Counted from the first letter of the stretch, positions 1 to 9,831 are shown. The stretch: 32,000 nt of DNA from Candidatus Nitrosopumilus koreensis AR1 (GCF_000299365.1 NC_018655.1:990001-1022000); one strand, 5' to 3'. Made by a program: numbers and translations. Notes: generated by a model from the sequence alone, not told the origin.

Positions 1-1
1 T

Positions 2-838
2 TGTGGTATTGTACTAGAAGAGAGAGCAGTAGACAGGAATAACGATTCAAAAACTTTCACCAAAGAAGACTATTTGAATACGGCACGAAATGGCCCTCCA
101 ACAAAAATTTCCATATCAGACATGTCAAGTTCGTCTATCATATCCAAGAAAAATTTTGATGCAGTTGGAAAGAAAATGCATTCAAATAACATAAGACATT
201 TTTCCAGAATGCGATTTTGGGATTCAAGAAGTAAAAGCAACAACAAAGAACAGAATCTAGTAAAAGCATTTACCGTTTTGGATGCATATTCAAACAAGCT
301 AAACATGCCAGAAAATGCAAAAGAGCATGCAGCATACATCTATAGAAAAGCAGTAGACAAAAAGATCATCAGAGGCAATTCAATTCCATCCATGATGGCA
401 GCATCAGTCTATGCATCATGCAAACAATTAGGAATTCCCAGAAGCGTTGACGAAATATCAAAAATCACAAACATCAACAGAAAAAAACTTTTAAGATCAT
501 ACAAGAGACTAGTCAAAAAACTAGAGATCAAAGTAGACTCTACAGGAATAAATTATGTTTCCAAGATATCAAGTTCGTTATCAGTTAGTGAAAAGACTTC
601 AAGATTAGCAAACAAGATTCTTCACGACGCAAAACAAGAAAAAATCCACGTAGGAAAAAACCCAATTGGGGTTACAGCAGCGTCAATCTATCTTTCTGCA
701 ATAAACCATGGAGAACATGTTCCAATAGCAAGAATTGCCAGGAAGACCAACATAAGCACAGTCACAATTCGTAAAATTATAAAGATGTTGAGGCCTTTTG
801 CTGCAAAATACATCAAAAGCATAGACATCGGAGCATAA
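2..838 (+). CDS. tfb: Transcription initiation factor TFB (TFIIB homologue), 5' end truncated by the window edge
   Basis: The frame is open from nt 2: CGIVLEERAVDRNNDSKTFTKEDYLNTARNGPPTKIS..., the end of a zinc ribbon. Two cyclin-like repeats follow (YRKAVDKKIIRGNSIPSMMAASVYASCKQLGIPRSVDEI, HVGKNPIGVTAASIYLSA). The track's TTG start at 74 is internal. Confidence 0.93.
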   Translation, partial: CGIVLEERAVDRNNDSKTFTKEDYLNTARNGPPTKISISDMSSSSIISKKNFDAVGKKMHSNNIRHFSRMRFWDSRSKSNNKEQNLVKAFTVLDAYSNKLNMPENAKEHAAYIYRKAVDKKIIRGNSIPSMMAASVYASCKQLGIPRSVDEISKITNINRKKLLRSYKRLVKKLEIKVDSTGINYVSKISSSLSVSEKTSRLANKILHDAKQEKIHVGKNPIGVTAASIYLSAINHGEHVPIARIARKTNISTVTIRKIIKMLRPFAAKYIKSIDIGA

Positions 839-860
839 AAAAAATCATCATTGTTTTGAT

Positions 861-1061
861 ATGGAAATAAACTCCAACATTTCAAATAATGCCAAAGTAA
901 ACATTATTGTTTTTGCAATATTTGGATTTTTACTTGTTTCAGGAATAACTGTCATTAATTTTATGGGTATTTTTTCAGAAAACTGGTTTATTGGTTTAGG
1001 ATTACTTTTGACAAGTATTGCAACTATTGCCGTATTCATAGTTATCAAATTAAAAAAATAA
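861..1061 (+). CDS. Small membrane protein, 66 aa, two predicted TM helices
   Basis: Two hydrophobic segments (VNIIVFAIFGFLLVSGITVINF, WFIGLGLLLTSIATIAVFIVI), lysine-rich C terminus; short gap after tfb. Confidence 0.6.
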   Translation: MEINSNISNNAKVNIIVFAIFGFLLVSGITVINFMGIFSENWFIGLGLLLTSIATIAVFIVIKLKK

Positions 1062-1083
1062 AAATGGTTTGAGTACAGATACT

Positions 1084-2544
1084 TTAATCATACAGAGATT
1101 TAGGTTCTAGCATAGAATTCAAAATATGTCTAGCCTTGTTTTCTTCCCAAATCAACTTGTATTTGATATCTAGTCTGTCTAGCTTGTTTGAATTGGTATT
1201 TGCATAGTCGTAACTTTTTGCATCTTCCAAGTCTGTAAACTCTTCAGTACATGCAGGACACAACTCTAGCAATTGGGCAATTGCATCATTTGCTTTGTCT
1301 GTTTTATAATTTCCAAACTCTGAATGCGTTCTTGTAAACACATCAGTGGCCTCATCCTGTACCCTTTCTTGCTTGATGTAGTCTTTGCTCCATGTTCCAT
1401 ATTGGAATGTCCATGTATCTCCAAACTCATCTACTGCTGTAGTCTTGCTTGTTTCAGTCAGGTGGTATATGTGCCCCTTGTTTATTCCGTCATATTCCTT
1501 TGGAGGGTTTAGAGATTCTCCTGCCACCTCGATTCCGTGATTGTAATAGTTTTGCCATGAGCTGCGTTTAGTGTCCCATACATCTGTTCCAACAATGTTA
1601 AAGTCCAATGGTGCTCTGAACATATGCTGGATTGACACCTTCAAGCACTCGTTAGTGGAGTGCTCCATGCATGATACCTTGCTTGTAGTGACTTTGATGT
1701 TATCTAGTGCATTTTCAGGATCAGTCACTGTAACTGTCTCTGTTCCATCAAAATCAATGTCTAGTTCAATCTTTGCCTTGCTTTGTGAGATTATCTCTCC
1801 TTCAGCCATGCCAAATGCAAACGTAAAGTGCCTGATGTTGTGCACCCCAGTATTTTCATAGATCTTAAACTCTGCAACGTTTGTCTTTCCAATATCAGCT
1901 GTGATTAGCGGGTATGGTGTGAAATACCTCTCAACGTCAACTGTGTATCCGTTGTATGAGAAGCCACCGGTCACCTGACGCTTTCCACTAGAGTCAATTC
2001 CTATTGTTGGTTCTTCACAGTCTCCACTGCAACCGCTGCCATTACCATCAGAATCACTTGATGATGAAGATGTGATAATACCAAAGTTACCAGTCAATGA
2101 TACTGCAGTTGTGTTGGATCCCATGACAGTGTTGTCTGTGTTGTTATTCTGAATACCTATGTTGTTGGTAGATTTTGCAGCTACTGTGGAGGAGCCTATG
2201 GTCAAAGTACTGCCAGAACCAATATCTGTCATGTTGATGACCAGTTGTGTGTTAGATGTCCATTCCCCTACAAAATCCACTCCTGTTGCACTTAATGGGT
2301 CATCTGAGGCAAATGTGAAATTTCCAGTGATGGCAGAGTCTTGAACTATTTGAGCTGTTGCATTGCTAGCTTCACTTAGTGTGATAGTTATGGTGTCTCC
2401 ATTACTGTACACGCCATCCAAATTGTCCGGATCATCGGCAACATATGCTGTGATGTATGGAGCTGCAAATGCACTTTGAGATAATAGCGGACTGAATCCA
2501 AGCAAAACCCCAAAGACTGCAATTAGTAATACTCTTGAAGTCAT
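1084..2544 (-). CDS. Secreted/cell-surface protein, 486 aa
   Basis: N-terminal signal peptide (MTSRVLLIAVFGVLLGFSPLLSQSAFA|AP), beta-rich N-terminal part, low-complexity SSSSSDSDGNGSGCSGDCEE linker; no PEFG motif seen. Confidence 0.75.
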   Translation of the reverse strand: MTSRVLLIAVFGVLLGFSPLLSQSAFAAPYITAYVADDPDNLDGVYSNGDTITITLSEASNATAQIVQDSAITGNFTFASDDPLSATGVDFVGEWTSNTQLVINMTDIGSGSTLTIGSSTVAAKSTNNIGIQNNNTDNTVMGSNTTAVSLTGNFGIITSSSSSDSDGNGSGCSGDCEEPTIGIDSSGKRQVTGGFSYNGYTVDVERYFTPYPLITADIGKTNVAEFKIYENTGVHNIRHFTFAFGMAEGEIISQSKAKIELDIDFDGTETVTVTDPENALDNIKVTTSKVSCMEHSTNECLKVSIQHMFRAPLDFNIVGTDVWDTKRSSWQNYYNHGIEVAGESLNPPKEYDGINKGHIYHLTETSKTTAVDEFGDTWTFQYGTWSKDYIKQERVQDEATDVFTRTHSEFGNYKTDKANDAIAQLLELCPACTEEFTDLEDAKSYDYANTNSNKLDRLDIKYKLIWEENKARHILNSMLEPKSLYD

Positions 2545-2764
2545 TAATCAGTATCGGTGCAATTATATTTTAAAACCAACTCCCTTTGATACTTTCTATA
2601 ATGGGTATTGACAACACAACAAAATTATCTTTAGATTATTTTATAAAAAAATAAAGTTCATCTAGTTCAACACAAATTGAGAATATTATTTATGTTTTGA
2701 AATATTTCTAAAAAAGAATTGCAATTAATTTTGCAAATAAAAAACGGTAGGAATCAACTTAAAG

Positions 2765-4516
2765 TTAGTGGGTTAGCGTTAAACCATCAATCGTTTTTTC
2801 TTTTTCAATTGTTTTTGGAAGACGTATGGAAAAAGTCACGGGATCATTGTTTACAGATACAGTACCATGATGTTCGTTTACAATTTTAACAACACTGCGC
2901 AATCCCAATCCTGTTCCACGTTGTTTTGTAGTAAATAATGGTTCAAAGATCTTATCCATGTATCCTTCAGGTATAGGAGGTCCAGAGTTGGATATTGTCA
3001 TTACTATCTCATCAGATTCTTCGCACACGTTGATCTTTATCCATCCAGAGTTATTTCCAATAGCCTGTTTAGCATTGTGCAAGATGTTAATAATGGCACT
3101 TTGAAGTTTGTATTTGTCAGCAGTTATGGTTATCATTGGACATTGTATGGTAAGTTGAATACTCTTTCCAAATGAGATATTTTTTGATGCATCATCCATA
3201 AAGGAATTTAGGTCAAATATCGAATAAGATGTTGGCTTATCTCTAAGATAACCCATAATGTCTTCTACTTGATGCGACATTCTTTCTATAGAATCTTCAA
3301 ACAATGATATGTATTTCTCAGTACCAGGAATATTCTTCAGTTTTAAAATTTTTGTTGTCGTTTTTTAAAACAGATATAGGATTTCGCATGTCATGTGCAA
3401 TCTTTGCAGACATTTCACCAATAGTGGTGAGTCTTTCATGCATCAATTCTTGTTTTTTGTTTTTTCAAGTTGTTGTGCCATTTCACATATGCTTTTATTT
3501 AGAGATTGTATTTCCGAAACCCCACCTACATCCATGGGCGCAACAAAATTTCCCTGACTTATTAGTTTTGAAGCAGCCTGAATTTTTTTCAGGGGTTTGA
3601 GAATAGATCTTGAGAACATAATTGCAGGGAAAAATATTATCCCACCAGCAAAAATGATTTGAATTACAGACCAGGTTTCAAACACATTTACTGTCGCTAA
3701 AAGATCTGCCTTGTCAATTTTTACCACTAATCCCAAATCATAATGATCTAAATATTTAACATATGTGACTACTTCCTTCCCCCTATAATCTATAGCAGTG
3801 TCAACACTAGGGGCGTTTCCAGCAAATGCTTTGATGATTGGTCTGTCAGAATTGTTTTCTATGATTCTACCAGATTGGTAATTATCGTATTTTAGCGGAG
3901 TAATGACAGTTGCACTACCATCATTGTTTTTTGATGCAAGAAATATTTCTAATGATGAATGGTCAGCAAACAGATCTGTTATTGCAGTTTCAAAATAAAG
4001 TGGTTTTGTGAACAGTTCAATAAAACCAATATGCGTGCCAGATAGATACAAGGGTGCAAATGCACGTATATCGATGTCACCTTGATCATAAATTACTGAA
4101 AATTGATTTGGGCGCTCAAATTGAAAATTAGTCGCAGGCATCACATCAGAGGTAGAAGATACAAGAACACCATTATTATCATATATTGATATTGTTTGAT
4201 ATGCGTCGTTTGAATTTAGTGCATCAAGCAAGATAGTCCTTATCTTTTCAGGTGGCGTGTCATGTATCCCGTTGTTATATTCATCTAACAGTATTCGCAT
4301 CTGAGTTCTGGTTGCAATATTGTTTAATTGATCTATGGTAGAATGCTCTGTAGTTTCAAGTATCTTTTCCACACTTGTAGAGACTATAGAAAAATCTTCT
4401 AGTTTGTCGTTTACAATATCAGATTTTATCATAACAATATACAAAATAAAAGATAACATCACTGGAATTATTATTCCAATCCATATTGCCAACATTACGT
4501 TTGTTTTAATTTTCAA
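2765..4516 (-). CDS. Membrane sensor histidine kinase, frame-interrupted
   Basis: The N-terminal ORF 3443..4516 has TM-extracellular sensor-TM-HAMP-like architecture. The C-terminal ORF 2765..3304 has an HATPase_c domain (NILHNAKQAIG, GTGLGLRSVVKIVNEHHG). Between them another frame encodes QELMHERLTTIGEMSAKIAHDMRNPISVLK, a HisKA H-box (His codon 3395..3393). Confidence 0.8.
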
Positions 4517-4976
4517 CAGCCCCTGCCACCTCGTTGGCTACATATTGTAAGGACTTTTTTTTGTACAAGCTTTCCATGATCGATAGTATGTTATCCATGT
4601 CAAATGGTTTGTAGACTATCGAGTCCACATACAATCTGTGGAGTTTGTCTTCTGTTTCGTTGGATAGATCTGCAGTTACCGCAATTACGAATGCTGTACG
4701 GTCATATTGTTTAATTTTCTCTAATGCATAAAACCCATCATATTCTGGCATCATTATATCCAAAAATACAAAGTCAGGACGGACTTGTTTGAACATCTCA
4801 AATGCCTGTTTGCCATCAAATGCCTTGCCAACAACTTTGTGGTCTGTTAGCTCCAAATATTCTGAGAAAACATCAACGGTGTTCAGATCATCATCTACTA
4901 CCATTACGTTAAATCTGGATTTTGATTGCAATTCCTCTTTTGTAACATAGTTAATCTCTGGAGAATGCTTACTCAT
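4506..4976 (-). CDS. CheY-like response regulator, 156 aa
   Basis: Receiver motifs VMVVDDDLNTVDVFSEYL, PDFVFLDIMMPEYDG, FVIAVTA, YKPFD; overlaps the kinase by 11 nt. Confidence 0.92.
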   Translation of the reverse strand: MSKHSPEINYVTKEELQSKSRFNVMVVDDDLNTVDVFSEYLELTDHKVVGKAFDGKQAFEMFKQVRPDFVFLDIMMPEYDGFYALEKIKQYDRTAFVIAVTADLSNETEDKLHRLYVDSIVYKPFDMDNILSIMESLYKKKSLQYVANEVAGAVEN

Positions 4977-5728
4977 TTTTCACAAACCACCGTTGTTCTA
5001 GTATTTCCATTATAGAGTGCCTCCAATGCATCAACATTGCACTCTGAGATGTATGGGTAATCTGTCTTAATTACAGGATACATCAGATCTTCTGGATCCG
5101 TCGAATGTGCAAGTCCAAGCACATGACCAAACTCGTGCATTATGATTGTGTTTAGTTGAGATGCTGAAAGTGAATCAACATCATAGATTGTAACATATGA
5201 CTTTAGAATCTCGTTGTTGTCTACAGTATTTTTAGTGTATCCAGTGTATCCATCAGGATGAGAACCTGACTCTAATAAAATTACAATACTTCCTTCAGCA
5301 ATGTCAGACTCAAAGATGTTGAATGTCGAGGGAGGCACATACAATGTATTGTCACCTATTTGAGTTACTGCTCCTTGCCAACCAGAGTTGTAAACAGACG
5401 TTGATCCCTTTGGCCCTTTATGCAATGAAAAGTCATCCAAAGTAATTTCATCCATAGACAAAATGGCATCTTTTAGAGAATCCATTTGTTCATCATTTAT
5501 CAGGTGTGTGTTAAGTACTGAGACATTAATTGGAGAATCCTTTGCCCACTTCCAGTTTACATGAGTTTGAACTACATCTCCACGTAAATTTTCAACAACA
5601 TAACTTGATTTTAATTCCATGTCATTTTCAGATTCCACAATTTTATCAAAATCAGGAACGTAATCAAAAACAATTTCATTAATTGGCACCAACAGACCTA
5701 ATGTAAAAACAGAACCCAGTAAAATCAA
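4973..5728 (-). CDS. Membrane-anchored or secreted matrixin-like zinc metalloprotease; true start probably upstream (see findings)
   Basis: HEFGHVLGLAHS zinc-binding motif followed by DPEDLMYP (Met-turn-like); N-terminal hydrophobic segment ILLGSVFTLGLLVP; 4-nt overlap with the response regulator. Confidence 0.8.
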   Translation of the reverse strand: MILLGSVFTLGLLVPINEIVFDYVPDFDKIVESENDMELKSSYVVENLRGDVVQTHVNWKWAKDSPINVSVLNTHLINDEQMDSLKDAILSMDEITLDDFSLHKGPKGSTSVYNSGWQGAVTQIGDNTLYVPPSTFNIFESDIAEGSIVILLESGSHPDGYTGYTKNTVDNNEILKSYVTIYDVDSLSASQLNTIIMHEFGHVLGLAHSTDPEDLMYPVIKTDYPYISECNVDALEALYNGNTRTTVVCEK

Positions 5729-5924
5729 GGGAATGTTTTTTGTGAAAGTATTTTGTCATTGGCATCATGAGTTTTGTTTTTTCTTTTAGTTCAGAATTTT
5801 CTGCAGAAAGATGATTAATTTTGATTTCAAGCTCGTGGTTTTTTTCTTTTAGTATTGAATTGATTTTTTTCAAGGTCATCTCATTTTGAAGATAATCAGG
5901 TACTGTTTTTTCAGCCATGAGCAA
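5679..5924 (-). CDS. Short coiled-coil protein, possibly the N-terminal part of the downstream metalloprotease
   Basis: MTLKKINSILKEKNHELEIKINHLSAENSELKEKTKLMMPMTKYFHK; C terminus overlaps the protease ORF in another frame. Confidence 0.5.
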   Translation of the reverse strand: MLMAEKTVPDYLQNEMTLKKINSILKEKNHELEIKINHLSAENSELKEKTKLMMPMTKYFHKKHSLDFTGFCFYIRSVGAN

Positions 5925-6093
5925 AAATAGAGATTTTTTTATTTAATGTATATTCTCTTTATCACATATTGAGATACTCTCCATAGGGAGTGGTGTATTT
6001 ATTACAAAAAAACAAGTTATGGCATGTTTCATAGAAAATCACCTCCAATCCATATTTGTCTGGTAAAAAATGACACGGAGTTAAAGGAGGCTA

Positions 6094-6219
6094 ATGAACA
6101 AGTTATCAAAAGCAAATATTGTTGAGCCCAAAATCCAATTTCTTCATTCAATAAAAGATCTGAAAGATCTAGTTACTAAAATCGAACAATTTAACAAGAA
6201 ATATGACATCAACCTATAA
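6094..6219 (+). CDS. Putative small protein, 41 aa (not in track)
   Basis: MNKLSKANIVEPKIQFLHSIKDLKDLVTKIEQFNKKYDINL*, preceded by a Shine-Dalgarno-like aaaGGAGG. Confidence 0.4.
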   Translation: MNKLSKANIVEPKIQFLHSIKDLKDLVTKIEQFNKKYDINL

Positions 6220-6298
6220 AAATAAATTAAAAAAACTATACAGTTGTTAAGAAGAAATCAGAATAAGATTTTATATTATTATTACAATATTAAACTCT

Positions 6299-6580
6299 GT
6301 GAATAGAAAGGAAAGGAGGGGAAAGTTAGAGATTTACTATGATGTCCTCACTGCAATTAAAAATGAGAGTACCAACATAGGTGTAATAAAACCAACAAGA
6401 TTGCAATATGGAAGCAATTTATCTTATGACAAGTTAACAAATTATCTTCATGATCTAAAGCAAAAGGAGATGGTAATGAAAAATGGCGGAATTAAAATTT
6501 TAGAGAGAGGAAGAGAATTCATGGAGGAGTATTGCAACATCAGAAAACAAATTAAAAAATTGGGGTTGGAGTTTACATGA
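6299..6580 (+). CDS. Archaeal winged-helix transcriptional regulator, 93 aa
   Basis: KLEIYYDVLTAIKNE...PTRLQYGSNLSYDKLTNYLHDLKQKEMV...GREFMEEY pattern of archaeal single-domain wHTH regulators; 4-nt overlap with the next gene. Confidence 0.75.
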   Translation: MNRKERRGKLEIYYDVLTAIKNESTNIGVIKPTRLQYGSNLSYDKLTNYLHDLKQKEMVMKNGGIKILERGREFMEEYCNIRKQIKKLGLEFT

Positions 6581-7080
6581 AATTATTAGTAGTAGAAGAT
6601 GAGAAACATACTGCAGAAGCTTATAAAATCGCACTTGAACATAACAAACACGAAGTTACATTAGCAAGTACTGGAGAAGATGCACTAGAAAAATGCCAAA
6701 AAGAAACAGATGCCACATACCATAGTCCTTTTGATCTAATAATTTTAGACTACAAACTTCCTAAAATGGACGGATTAGAAGTAGCAAGAAGAATATTAGA
6801 AAAAAATCCAGACCAAACCATAGTCTTTGCATCAGCGTTTGTAAAGGAACTGCTAACAGAGGATATAAAAAACATCACAACAAATGGAGAAAGAATAGAA
6901 ATTCTATCAAAACCCTTTGACATATCCACATTACTAAACAAGATAGAAAACCATCAGATTTCCCAAGAGTTATCTGAGTTTAGAATAAAGATAAATCCAG
7001 AAATAATTGAAAACAACATAGAAGCATTAAAGGAAATACTAACCAAATTAAAAACAGTAGAATCCAAATATCTAAAATGA
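6577..7080 (+). CDS. Response regulator, receiver domain plus helical C terminus
   Basis: LLVVEDEKHTAEAYKIAL, LIILDYKLPKMDGLEVAR, VFASAF, LSKPFD. Confidence 0.9.
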   Translation: MKLLVVEDEKHTAEAYKIALEHNKHEVTLASTGEDALEKCQKETDATYHSPFDLIILDYKLPKMDGLEVARRILEKNPDQTIVFASAFVKELLTEDIKNITTNGERIEILSKPFDISTLLNKIENHQISQELSEFRIKINPEIIENNIEALKEILTKLKTVESKYLK

Positions 7081-7100
7081 CAGTGTAGGTACTGAGAGAC

Positions 7101-8657
7101 TTGAAAGATCTTGAATTATCTAAGCTCATGCAAAATAGTAAAATCAATTTAGAGACATTAGAATTTTGTTTAAACGAGGCAGTGCTGCTGACTGTTTGGG
7201 ACAAACATGGAACAATAACGTATGCTAACAAAAAATTCTGCGACGTGTCAGGGTATGAAGAAAAGGAGCTTATAGGTCAGAATCACCGCATACTAAAAGC
7301 TAAAACATACTCTGATCAATTTTACGATGAGCTATGGAATGTGATATCCAATGGGAAGACATGGCACGGTGAAATCAAAAATGTGAGCAAAACAGGAAAA
7401 TATTACTGGGTCATGGCAACCATAGTTCCAGTATTTGATGAAGACGGAAAGCCAGAACAATATGTGGCAATAAGAACCGACATAACAAATAGAAAAAATA
7501 TAGAAGAAAGGCTTCGAAGATCACAAAGCGATGTAGAAAAGATCAAGTTTGCTTTAGATGAATCAGCACTGGTTGCAATTACAGATAAGCAGGGAACAAT
7601 AACGTATGCTAACAAAAAATTCTGCGACGTGTCAGGGTATGAAGAAAAGGAGCTTATAGGTCAGAATCACCGCATACTAAAATCAGGATATCATCCACCT
7701 GAATTTTACGATGAGCTATGGGAGGTCATATCCAAGGGGAAGACATGGCAAGGTGAAATCAAAAACGTGAGCAAAACAGGAAAATATTACTGGGTAAAAA
7801 CTACAATCGTTCCATTTCTTGATGAAGACGGAAAGCCAGAACAATATGTGGCAATAAGAACAGACATAACAGATAGAAAAGAGGCAGAGGAAAGGCTTCT
7901 AAAAGCCAATAAGACAATACTAGAAAACGAAAAACAGATCAAAGAGCAAATAGAAAAACTAAAACTACATGATAAAATGCAAACTGAATTCATAAACGTA
8001 GCAGCTCATGAATTAAGAACACCAATTCAGCCATTACGTAACTATACACAACTTGCATTAAACGGATTGGTGGATTCAAAAACAGCACTTGAGATTATTG
8101 ATTCAGAATCAGACAGATTAAGAAATCTGGCAAACGACATTTTAGATGCATCCAGAATCGAATCAGGTACTTTAGCAGTTACATTTTCTAGAACAATGAT
8201 CAACGACATAATTTACAAAACAACTGACATGATAAAACGAGATTTAGAAAATAATATAAAAATTGAAACAGAGTTAAAAGACACCAACGAATTGATAATT
8301 GATGCAGATCATGATAGATTAATGCAAGTATTCACAAATATAATCAGCAATGCATGTAGATTTGCTAAAACAAAAATATGGATTAAAAGTAAAACAATTG
8401 ATTCAGAGAATATAAAAATTGAAATTCGTGATGACGGGGATGGAATATCTGATGAAATCTTGCACTCATTGTTTGAAAAATTTGTAACAAAAAGTGCCAA
8501 CATGTCAGACAAGAAAGGAACAGGTCTAGGTTTATTCATAAGCAAAAATATTATTGAATCCCATCATGGCACCATATCAGCTGGCAACCTAAAAACAGAA
8601 GGGGCACAATTCACCATAACTTTGCCAATAAAACAAAAAATCATCAAAACAATCTAA
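7101..8657 (+). CDS. PAS-PAS histidine kinase, soluble, 518 aa
   Basis: Two PAS domains (ITYANKKFCDVSGYEEKELIGQNHR) with PAC tails (DITNRKN/DITDRKE), HisKA (AAHELRTPIQPLRN), HATPase_c (NIISNACRFAKT, DDGDGISDEI, KGTGLGLFISKNIIESHHG). Confidence 0.93.
   Translation: MKDLELSKLMQNSKINLETLEFCLNEAVLLTVWDKHGTITYANKKFCDVSGYEEKELIGQNHRILKAKTYSDQFYDELWNVISNGKTWHGEIKNVSKTGKYYWVMATIVPVFDEDGKPEQYVAIRTDITNRKNIEERLRRSQSDVEKIKFALDESALVAITDKQGTITYANKKFCDVSGYEEKELIGQNHRILKSGYHPPEFYDELWEVISKGKTWQGEIKNVSKTGKYYWVKTTIVPFLDEDGKPEQYVAIRTDITDRKEAEERLLKANKTILENEKQIKEQIEKLKLHDKMQTEFINVAAHELRTPIQPLRNYTQLALNGLVDSKTALEIIDSESDRLRNLANDILDASRIESGTLAVTFSRTMINDIIYKTTDMIKRDLENNIKIETELKDTNELIIDADHDRLMQVFTNIISNACRFAKTKIWIKSKTIDSENIKIEIRDDGDGISDEILHSLFEKFVTKSANMSDKKGTGLGLFISKNIIESHHGTISAGNLKTEGAQFTITLPIKQKIIKTI
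7209..7687 (+). repeat. Intragenic direct repeat in the two PAS modules: copies near 7209..7298 and 7593..7682, spacing 384 nt (128 codons)
   Basis: ggaacaataacgtatgctaacaaaaaattctgcgacgtgtcagggtatgaagaaaaggagcttataggtcagaatcaccgcatactaaaa is identical in both copies by eye. Confidence 0.85.
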
Positions 8658-8769
8658 ATTTTCCAAAGTATTTTGCAAGAACATTTCCAGTAATTCCAAA
8701 AAAGGACTTTGAGCCTACAATCACAGTAAATCAATGAATGTTTCAGCAGTTGTTTTTGCAGATATTACT

Positions 8770-9609
8770 TTAGTTCACAGAAACGACTCTCAAATTTGAA
8801 AACTTTGCAGACGCGATAATTGTCACCGTGATTGCAACCACCAAAATTACCATAATGACACCTCCAAACTCAGGAACAACTTTGAATGTTATTAATTCGC
8901 CAACAGGTCCAGTCCATTTGGTTTCTTCATTTGGAAGCCCTATTCCTTGTAGTACAACATCAATGTCTACAGAAGAATCATCATTCAATGCAGAAGTCAT
9001 AAACAATGACTTGCCAGTATGGGTATGAAGTTTTGATTGTTCAAGGATAATGTCTCCTTGTTGTGATATTTTGAGGTCAAAATTTACATGAGGCACAGGA
9101 TTTCCCAACTCATCAGTGAATCTCATAACGATGTCGAGCGGCATATTTTCTTGAGGAACAGTACTACTTACCTCAACTAGGATTTGGCCATCATTTGACA
9201 TGCCATGATATGCAACTCGTGCAGATTCCAACTGTCTTGTTTTTTCATCAATAGAGATATCAGGGATATCAGTTACTAAAAGTGCAGTTATACTGGAAAA
9301 ATTTTCAGCCTCCAATATTGTGGCTCCACCTTGGCAGACATTTGGTTCGATATCCCTATCCATTGTGATCAATTTTGATTCCATATCAGAGTATACCAAA
9401 ATTTGTGGAAATGTCAAGTGGTTATTTCCAGAACATACTTCATATGCTACAGCTGCCTCCCCAGCTTCAGTAAAATCTGTGTTAATTTTTGTAACATGTG
9501 CCCCAACAGTTGCAGCAAATGCATCATCTAATACAAACGGAACAATGGCTGCAGAAAGTAATATCATGATTGAAGTGTAGAGAGCAAATCCATGATAAGA
9601 TTTAATCAT
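8770..9609 (-). CDS. Surface protein with C-terminal PEFG-type sorting signal, 279 aa
   Basis: Signal peptide (MIMILSAAIVPFVLDDAFAA-like region) and C-terminal VVPEFGGVIMVILVVAITVTIIASAKFSNLR. Confidence 0.82.
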   Translation of the reverse strand: MIKSYHGFALYTSIMILLSAAIVPFVLDDAFAATVGAHVTKINTDFTEAGEAAVAYEVCSGNNHLTFPQILVYSDMESKLITMDRDIEPNVCQGGATILEAENFSSITALLVTDIPDISIDEKTRQLESARVAYHGMSNDGQILVEVSSTVPQENMPLDIVMRFTDELGNPVPHVNFDLKISQQGDIILEQSKLHTHTGKSLFMTSALNDDSSVDIDVVLQGIGLPNEETKWTGPVGELITFKVVPEFGGVIMVILVVAITVTIIASAKFSNLRVVSVN

Positions 9610-9831
9610 CGAAAATATTGTGTATGCAGGTTACTTATGCATATGTAAGCTAGAAATGCTATTTTTAGCTAGAATTATAAAATAAATTTGATGATGAATA
9701 ACCATATGTTTCAGAGAATTTTTTGATTGTCTACGCAACTAGGATTAACAAAAATCAATTTGATTACATGCACACAAAAATATCTAAAAAAATTGCAGGT
9801 TATTTAAAAAAAGAAAAAACAAAGACGAGAA

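Noticed and set aside
5971-5995. Imperfect inverted repeat gatACTCTCCATAGGGAGTggtg
   Set aside because: Stem of about 6 bp including a G-T wobble with a 4-nt loop; too weak to call a terminator or structured RNA in AT-rich intergenic DNA.
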